This document shows positions 57,490 to 64,000 of a stretch of DNA of 64,000 nucleotides, one piece after another (within the stretch, counting starts at the first letter, position 1; every line of letters starts with the position of its first letter). The stretch comes from a bacterium (GTDB lineage Bacteria > UBP15 > UBA6099), in the NCBI GenBank assembly GCA_029564595.1, contig JAKQPS010000113.1, forward strand, positions 32,227-96,226, in the 5' to 3' direction. Below the pieces are notes generated by a model that was given only the letters and a program-made list of their open reading frames with translations, made no database searches and had not been told where the DNA came from. The position numbers were made by a program, and so were the translations under genes.

Positions 57490-59520
57490 TCACAGATATG
57501 ACGGGATGTAACCGAAATAACGCCCCATCCAGTAAGGAGTAATCATGTCGACGCCGGCGAAGTTGCGGCCGTGGTCGTGTTCGGGATATGAAAGATGAGG
57601 GTCGTACGGGCTGCGCTGCCACTGGAAGTCCTGCGGCCGCCTGTATTGGATGGGAACAGGCTCGCACGTCCAGTCGTCATGTCCGGGAACTGTTTTGAAT
57701 TCGACAGGTTCGGCCGGGATGTAAGGAGCGCGAGGCCCGCGAGGAAACGCCATCAACGTGTCGACCGCATTGAACACCGCGCTCGCGTCACGGTCGCCCA
57801 TAGCTCCGAGGTACTGCCAAGTGAAATGCGGGTTGCCTTCATGCTCGGTGCGTCTCTTCTCGGGAGCTTGGCAACCGTCTTCCATCTTCACCTTGTCCTT
57901 CCAGAGCCATTGTAGCGTCTCGCGGTATCTCTCTCTTATCTTCGGATGCCGCTCGAACCTTGCAAGATGGAAGTAGTTGTTGTGGAGCAGATTCAGGTTG
58001 AACCATAAGGTATCCCAATAATCGTTATAAGCCTCTCCGTAAACGTAAACTTTTTTCAGGATCGACAGGTAGTTGCGCTCGAACGAACGTTCCGGCTCCG
58101 GATTGGGGTCTTTCGAGATAAGGTTAATGTATCTCTGCCGCCAGAGTTTGCGAGTGTCGTCGTCTTGGGCAACCGTGGCGGCCATATTAAACCAGTTGAG
58201 TATAAGCGCGGCGTTGAATCCGTTGGCCATGCGCGCGGGGCTTGTGTAGGGGTCGTAAGTGAGGTCTCCGCCTTCCGAGCCTTGAATGCCGTATCCGGAC
58301 ATTATGCCGTGCCGGGTGTGCTTGCCGTCCACATCCTGTATGCGCATCCTGTTGTCCCAGATATGAAACGACATCGACACTATGTTTTCAGAGGCTTTCC
58401 TTCTGAATTCAGGCTCATCGAACAAGTCGAAAACCGTGGCGTTGCCCCAGTAGACGCCAGTGAACTGGTCCCTGCTGGCGGTGCTCAGAAAACGCCATCC
58501 TTTGTACGGACCTTCGGTTATCTCAAACTGGAACCGCGAGGGGTCCGGCTTTATGTAAGGCTCATCCCTGTGGCCTATCCATTCGTCGTTTTCATAGGCC
58601 CTGCCGATAAGGCCGGGAACGCCTGTGATTTCTCTAAGTCGGGTTGTGGCGTCGAGCGACTTCAACATGTTGGCGCGGGCGTAATCTTCGCCCGTGACCG
58701 CGTAGAAATATGCCGCTCCGGCCAGATACGTTCCCGTCCAGATGGCCGAATCGCCGTAGTGCTGATACGCCCCTTTCGGGTCGATTTCAAGCGTCAGTCC
58801 ATAAGGAGAAAACCTGTCCTGATAATCCTTGTTGTACTCGCGCGCCTTCAACTCCATCCACCCGGGGGCCGAAGTGTCCGCAGACGAGCGCAGCGCGTAG
58901 AACTCGCTCGCAGTCGCGCCCGAAGCGTCGGATGCTTCGATAATCAGCAACACAACCGCTTCTCTGTCGGGAGAGGCCGCCAGTTCGCAGGCCGGGGACA
59001 CCGACAGCCACGCGGGGGCGGCATCTTCCGCCGGGGCTTTCATGCCCGGTTTCGCCGCTCCTTCGAAATATGTTCTGGCCCTGACGACGCGGCAGTCTCC
59101 GTAAGGAGCTTGCCCCCCCTGCCCTTCGAGCCTGACTTTTACCGTCTCTCCAAGCTTCGCCACAGGAATTTCCCTGTATACCAGCCTGAAATCCGTTGAC
59201 GACACCACAAAGGAAATGTCAGACTCCGCGAAAGAGCCGTCCGCTTTCTTTGCCCGCAGCCTCGCGGTCGTCCTCTCGATTCCCGCAGGATATCCCTCTA
59301 TCGTGTTCCGCGAGGTCAAGCGAAGCCCGTGAGGAAGAGAGCCGGAAACGATTTCAAATGTCTCCCCGGCTGCCGCGCCGTCCATCAGCGCCTGCGCTTC
59401 AAAGTATTCGCCCAAAGGAATAGCATCCGCTCCGGGGACGGATATCCCAGCAAGCGCGCCTGAAACAGCTCCAGCTAAGAAGAACAGAGCAGCAATCGCA
59501 GAAATTATTTTCGTTTTCAT
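57490..59520 (-). CDS. Secreted protein with putative Ig-like repeats and an aromatic-rich helical catalytic domain
   Basis: Signal peptide; SGSLPHGL.L...IEG.P and GG.APY Ig-like motifs; GDSAIWTG.YLA, SRDQ..G. Confidence 0.75.
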   Translation of the reverse strand: MKTKIISAIAALFFLAGAVSGALAGISVPGADAIPLGEYFEAQALMDGAAAGETFEIVSGSLPHGLRLTSRNTIEGYPAGIERTTARLRAKKADGSFAESDISFVVSSTDFRLVYREIPVAKLGETVKVRLEGQGGQAPYGDCRVVRARTYFEGAAKPGMKAPAEDAAPAWLSVSPACELAASPDREAVVLLIIEASDASGATASEFYALRSSADTSAPGWMELKAREYNKDYQDRFSPYGLTLEIDPKGAYQHYGDSAIWTGTYLAGAAYFYAVTGEDYARANMLKSLDATTRLREITGVPGLIGRAYENDEWIGHRDEPYIKPDPSRFQFEITEGPYKGWRFLSTASRDQFTGVYWGNATVFDLFDEPEFRRKASENIVSMSFHIWDNRMRIQDVDGKHTRHGIMSGYGIQGSEGGDLTYDPYTSPARMANGFNAALILNWFNMAATVAQDDDTRKLWRQRYINLISKDPNPEPERSFERNYLSILKKVYVYGEAYNDYWDTLWFNLNLLHNNYFHLARFERHPKIRERYRETLQWLWKDKVKMEDGCQAPEKRRTEHEGNPHFTWQYLGAMGDRDASAVFNAVDTLMAFPRGPRAPYIPAEPVEFKTVPGHDDWTCEPVPIQYRRPQDFQWQRSPYDPHLSYPEHDHGRNFAGVDMITPYWMGRYFGYIPSYL

Positions 59521-59780
59521 TTTCCGCCTCCGAATCATCCCGGCGTATTTAAAACCGCCGACATGAGATTATAACTCCGAGGCTGCATTTTTTTATATAG
59601 AGAGCGAATTGAGACAACCAATAGTTTTCCGTTATCCGCAATTACGTGGCGAAATATGAGTTGCAACCCGGATTTTCGTATATAATATCGCGTGATAAAA
59701 GCGGGAAAGAGCGGCGCATTTAGTAAAGCGAACGGCGTTTATGAAACACATAAACCCCGCCATCGTTCGAAAGGAGATAT

Positions 59781-60419
59781 ATGAGCCAATCTTTGAATAA
59801 AAGCGATTCGCTAGGGCTAGATAGTGGAGGACTTGCGGCGGCGGGACCATCAGCGGCCATATCATACCCGAAAGCAAAAGAGCCGATGGGGTTGAACAAG
59901 CTGTTCTCTCTGAGCTATCCGGTTAAGAGCGGCATAGCGCGCGTGGCGCTGCTGGCTCTGGCCGTTGGGTTTGAATACTTGTCGCGAAATTGCGACAAGT
60001 TGAAAAAAGAGATATCGACATGGGAGGAAGGCCGGGTTTTCGCCCTCAGCGTCCTCAGCCAAGGCCCGTCTGTTGTTTTAAGAAAAGAAAACGGCGCGAT
60101 CCGATATATCGGCGGCAATCTCAAAGACTCCGAAATAGTGTTTTATTTCAAGAACATTGATTCGGCGTTGATGCTGTTCGCAGGGTTGATCGGAGCCCAC
60201 ACGGCTTCCGCCCAGCATCGCACGATTGTTCACGGCGACATCGGGATCGCTATGGAGGTCCTGCGGGCGATGAACATCGCGCAGTCCTACCTCTATCCCG
60301 GAATAGTGTTGAAGAAAACATTCAAGCGCGCGCCTAAGTTGTCATTCAGCGAGCAAATATTGAAATTGAAACTTATGCTCGCGCTTTTGCCCGGCATAGC
60401 CGCGGCCGCAAAAAAATAG
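59781..60419 (+). CDS. Conserved hypothetical protein (possibly SCP2-like lipid-binding)
   Basis: AAGGAG RBS; upstream of Fe-ADH; I.FKNIDSA...R.IVHGD pattern. Confidence 0.65.
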   Translation: MSQSLNKSDSLGLDSGGLAAAGPSAAISYPKAKEPMGLNKLFSLSYPVKSGIARVALLALAVGFEYLSRNCDKLKKEISTWEEGRVFALSVLSQGPSVVLRKENGAIRYIGGNLKDSEIVFYFKNIDSALMLFAGLIGAHTASAQHRTIVHGDIGIAMEVLRAMNIAQSYLYPGIVLKKTFKRAPKLSFSEQILKLKLMLALLPGIAAAAKK

Positions 60420-60436
60420 TCAAAACATCGGGAGAC

Positions 60437-61618
60437 ATGATAATGAAATCGGATTTCTACGAATTCTTCTGTCCAGTGAAAGTAATCAGCGGAAAGCAGG
60501 CGCTCTCCAACCTGCCGCACGAAATGGATCAGTTGAACGTCAAGCGGGCGCTGGTCGTGACGGATAAAGGGGTGGCGGGAGCGGGCCTGATAAGCTACGT
60601 CCAAGACGCGTTTCAAGGCTCATCCTGCGAGATAGGCCATATTTTCGACGAGACGCCTCCTGATTCAAGCAATATGGTGGTCAATCAGGTGGCCGAACTG
60701 TTCCGGCAGAAGAACTGCGACTGTTTCGTGGCGGTCGGCGGAGGAAGCTGCATCGATACCGCTAAGGGAGCAAACATCGTGGTTACGGAACAGACGGACG
60801 ACCTGATGAAGTTCAGAGGAGCGGAAAGGCTGAAAAAAGCGATGAAGCCGCTACTGGTTGTGCCGACGACCGCCGGGACAGGTTCGGAAGTCACGCTTGT
60901 CGCCGTCATCAGCAACGTTCAGGCTGGCGTTAAAATGGCCTTCACGTCGGACCGGCTTTATCCGAACGTGGCGATTCTGGATCCGAAGATGACGATGACA
61001 ATGCCGCCGAAAATCACCGCCGCCACAGGGATGGACGCTCTGACTCACGCAATCGAAGCATATTATTGCCTGCAGAAAAACCCGATTTCCGATTCGCTGG
61101 CAATCACAGCGATTAAGCTGGCGATGGGGAACCTTGTAAAATGCGTCGAGAACGGAAAAGACGAATCCGCGCGTCTGGCGATGGCAAACTCTTCGCTCAT
61201 CGCCGGGATGGCGTTTTCAAACTCGATGGTCGGAGTGGTTCACGCGCTGGCGCACGCGACCGGCGGCGTATGCCATGTGCCCCACGGGGTAGCCAACGCA
61301 ATCCTGCTTCCATTCGGCATGGAAAACAACCTCGCAAAGAGAGCCGCCGAAATAGGCGAGCTTGCGCCATACCTTTGCGAACGGGAGATACAGGGAGACG
61401 ACCGAGCTAAAGCCGGGGCCGCGATTCAGGCCGTTAGAGACCTCAATAAAAAGTTGAACCAGTTGAGCGGTCTTCCCAACAGGCTGCGGGATGCCGGAGT
61501 GACCGAAGACAAACTAGAAGCGATTGCAAAAGTGGCCGTAAACGACGGGGCTTTGATATACAATCCGGAAGAAGTCACATTTGAAGAAGCGCTTGAAATA
61601 TTGCGGCGAGCATTCTAA
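60437..61618 (+). CDS. Iron-containing alcohol dehydrogenase
   Basis: VGGGSCID.AK, PTTAGTGSE, TGMDALTHAIE, VHALAH, HGVAN. Confidence 0.95.
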   Translation: MIMKSDFYEFFCPVKVISGKQALSNLPHEMDQLNVKRALVVTDKGVAGAGLISYVQDAFQGSSCEIGHIFDETPPDSSNMVVNQVAELFRQKNCDCFVAVGGGSCIDTAKGANIVVTEQTDDLMKFRGAERLKKAMKPLLVVPTTAGTGSEVTLVAVISNVQAGVKMAFTSDRLYPNVAILDPKMTMTMPPKITAATGMDALTHAIEAYYCLQKNPISDSLAITAIKLAMGNLVKCVENGKDESARLAMANSSLIAGMAFSNSMVGVVHALAHATGGVCHVPHGVANAILLPFGMENNLAKRAAEIGELAPYLCEREIQGDDRAKAGAAIQAVRDLNKKLNQLSGLPNRLRDAGVTEDKLEAIAKVAVNDGALIYNPEEVTFEEALEILRRAF

Positions 61619-61646
61619 CCTCGCATTTTTTCGAAACAACGCCAAA

Positions 61647-61683
61647 AACCGAAAAGCCTCCCTGATGGGGAGGCGATTCGGTT
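61647..61683. terminator. Hairpin between convergent adh and phasin-like genes
   Basis: AACCGAA-aa-GCCTCCC-tgatg-GGGAGGC-ga-TTCGGTT. Confidence 0.65.
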
Positions 61684-61707
61684 ATATATGCCTGCGTATC
61701 TGAAAGT

Positions 61708-62079
61708 TCAGGCCTTTTTGGACGGGGTCTGAGCCTTTTTGATCGCCCTTTGAAGCTTGGAGATTTTGTCTTCGAGGTCTTCGATGTCTTCGCGGGTGAC
61801 GAGACCGATCTCAGAGAAAATCTTGTTCGCGCGCTCTTTAAACTTGTCGGCTACTTTCTCGCGGCTCTCTTTGCCCTTGTCCAGCCATTCGTCATAGCGT
61901 TCCTCGCCTAGCTCTACGAGCTGCTCGAAGCGCTCCTGCAGGTTGACTTCCTTCGCCTCTTCCACAACCGGTTCCGCTTCTTCTTCCGTGCGGCCTTCCA
62001 CGAAGTCCTCGATCAGGTCCTGCATCTTCGCCAGCAAACCTATCCCCGCGTATCCTACCTTGTCCAGTTCCAGCGCCAT
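61708..62079 (-). CDS. Phasin/PHA-granule-associated-like protein
   Basis: YAGIGLL, LVELGE, IGLVTREDIEDLEDKI.KL pattern. Confidence 0.7.
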   Translation of the reverse strand: MALELDKVGYAGIGLLAKMQDLIEDFVEGRTEEEAEPVVEEAKEVNLQERFEQLVELGEERYDEWLDKGKESREKVADKFKERANKIFSEIGLVTREDIEDLEDKISKLQRAIKKAQTPSKKA

Positions 62080-62132
62080 TTCTCTTTCCTCCTCAATTTT
62101 TTCGACCAGTTTGTTTGGTCTTTATGCCACTA

Positions 62133-62160
62133 ATTATAAACGCGCCATTAACTTTGTCAA
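62133..62160 (-). promoter_or_regulatory. Consensus sigma70 promoter for the phasin-like gene
   Basis: Minus-strand TTGACA-N16-TATAAT with an AT-rich upstream region. Confidence 0.75.
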
Positions 62161-62365
62161 GCAATATTTAAATAATTATTAAATAATTCAATCTATAAAT
62201 AAATTTACCACATACAAAGGCATTATTTGTCGAGCGATATTGATTAATTTAATTTGTTTTTTAATAATCTTGAACTATTCAACTCGATTTTAGACGTCGA
62301 CACGAAGCAAAAGAGGTTGTTTTATGATGATTATTTAAAGGTTATTAATATTGATTAAAAAAAAA

Positions 62366-64000
62366 TCACATCATATTCTGAGGATTAACATCTACGGATA
62401 CGCATTTGCGGGATGTGGCTGGAAGAGCTTCCATAGCTTCGCGCGCGACAGCAAGAACGACTTTGATTGACGCTCCCCTGAGTAGAACAAGATATCTGAA
62501 TCTATTGTGCATCTTAAAGAAAGGAGCTTCTGCTGGGCCGAGCAATCCGATGTATTCATTTTTTTCCGCGTTTTTAGCAGCTTTTTCGAGCGCGGCCAGC
62601 ATTTCGTTGGCAACCGACGCGGATTCTCTTTCATCTTCGGAAGAAATTATAAAGTTAGCCATCTGTGTGAAAGGGGGATATAGAGCTTCGCGGCGTATCT
62701 TAAGTTCAAAGTCGTAGAAATCGTCCGGGTCTCCGCCTGCCGCGGCGCGGATGGCGGGATGGTCGGGATTGAGGGTCTGAATTATCACGCGTCCGGGTAT
62801 GTCTCGCCTGCCCGCGCGGCCCGCGACCTGTGTGAGCAGTTGAAATGTCCGCTCTCCGGCTCTGAAGTCGGGCATATTGATTATGCTGTCCGCCGAGATC
62901 ACGCCGACGAGCGTGACGCCGGGAAAATCCAGCCCTTTTGCTATCATCTGCGTGCCGACTAGGATGTCTATCTCGCGCTCCTCGAAAGCGTTTATTATGC
63001 GGCGGTACTCGCCGCGCCGGGTCACGGTGTCTCTGTCCATGCGCTCAATGCGGGCGTCTTTAAACTTCCTCTTAAGCTGATTCATAACCCTTTCTGTGCC
63101 GAACCCGTAGTAGCGCAGAGCCGACCCGCCGGCGCCGCAGTTCGGGCACCGCTCCGGTTTCGTCTCGCTGTGACCGCAGATATGGCATTTCAGCAGGGCT
63201 TCCATCCTGTGGTACTTCATGTTCACCGAACAGAGGGGGCACTTAATAGTCTCGCCGCAACTGAAACACTGGATATATTGAGCGTATCCCCGGTGGTTGA
63301 GGAAAATCATGGACTGCTCGTTTTTCTCGAAAGTTTCCGCCACCGAGTTGATGAGAGCCGGGCTGAAAAGAGAGGTGACGCGCGAGGGCTGAACCCTGCG
63401 CATATCAATGATGGCGATGTCGGGCATCTCGCTGGCTCCGACGCGGCTTGGCAAAGTGAGCCTTTTGATTTTTCCGCTCCTGACCATGTGGATGGTTTCA
63501 AGCGAAGGAGTCGCCCCGCCGAGCACGACCGGGCATCCGACTAGTTTGGCGCGCTGGACGGCCGCGTCCCTTGCGTGGTACATGGGTCTGTGTTCCTGTT
63601 TATATGACGATTCATGTTCTTCGTCGACCACAATAAGCCCGATGTTTTCGAGCGGGGCAAACACCGCGGACCTTGCCCCTATCACGATATCCACTTCCCC
63701 GGAAACGATCCGGTTCCACTCGAAGAGGCGCTCGGACATCGAGAGCGAACTGTGCCAGATTGCGACGCGTCCAGCGAAACGCTTCATAAACCGGGCGATT
63801 ATCTGCGTCGCAAGCGCAATTTCAGGGACAAGGATGAGAGCCTTTTTCCCATTGCCTATGCAACACCTCGCGGCTTGCATGTAAATTTCTGTTTTTCCGC
63901 TTCCGGTGACGCCCTGAAGCAGAAAGACCTGATGTTTCTGCGGAATTATCGCCGAGCAGACTGAGCCGAACGCTTCTCTCTGATCTGGATTCAGAGTGTG
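62366..64000 (-). CDS. priA: Primosomal protein N' (5' truncated by window edge)
   Basis: Frame is open to the window edge; GVTGSGKTE, VDEEHE.SYKQ, four CxxC, GTQMIAKGLDF, QVAGRAGR. Confidence 0.97.
   Translation of the reverse strand, partial: HTLNPDQREAFGSVCSAIIPQKHQVFLLQGVTGSGKTEIYMQAARCCIGNGKKALILVPEIALATQIIARFMKRFAGRVAIWHSSLSMSERLFEWNRIVSGEVDIVIGARSAVFAPLENIGLIVVDEEHESSYKQEHRPMYHARDAAVQRAKLVGCPVVLGGATPSLETIHMVRSGKIKRLTLPSRVGASEMPDIAIIDMRRVQPSRVTSLFSPALINSVAETFEKNEQSMIFLNHRGYAQYIQCFSCGETIKCPLCSVNMKYHRMEALLKCHICGHSETKPERCPNCGAGGSALRYYGFGTERVMNQLKRKFKDARIERMDRDTVTRRGEYRRIINAFEEREIDILVGTQMIAKGLDFPGVTLVGVISADSIINMPDFRAGERTFQLLTQVAGRAGRRDIPGRVIIQTLNPDHPAIRAAAGGDPDDFYDFELKIRREALYPPFTQMANFIISSEDERESASVANEMLAALEKAAKNAEKNEYIGLLGPAEAPFFKMHNRFRYLVLLRGASIKVVLAVAREAMEALPATSRKCVSVDVNPQNMM

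Noticed and set aside
62160..62365. Replication origin in the AT-rich gap
   Set aside because: No clustered DnaA boxes (TTATCCACA) and no dnaA context; better explained as promoter upstream DNA.

Overview
GC-rich bacterial chromosomal window, probably from an anaerobic diderm (inferred from a glycyl radical enzyme, KorDABG, an Fe-ADH, a three-gene MlaEFD with a long MlaD, and an Actinobacteria/Firmicutes-style nadK-recN-steA-steB block). About 60 CDSs are present. Most are housekeeping (nadK, recN, lgt, rluD, tgt, yajC, trxB, punA, rocD, degP, aroF, glnA, korDABG, purC, priA) or lipid/redox enzymes. I recognised no rRNA, tRNA, CRISPR array or intact transposase. Most notable: (1) an unannotated leader-peptide attenuator (FW-SG-YYYY-FW) with promoter, antiterminator and terminator upstream of DAHP synthase, apparently sensing all three aromatic amino acids; (2) an AT-rich PIN-like nuclease gene bracketed by REP-like palindromes, with a 22/49-bp tandem array built from one palindrome arm; (3) three copies of a MITE-like element whose central hairpin is replaced by a GTAG-type REP doublet in two copies; (4) a TetR-controlled cluster of glycyl radical enzyme, acetoacetate-decarboxylase-like protein, acyl-CoA dehydrogenase and SDRs, with visible operators but no adjacent activase. 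All calls come from motif recognition by eye; no searches were run.
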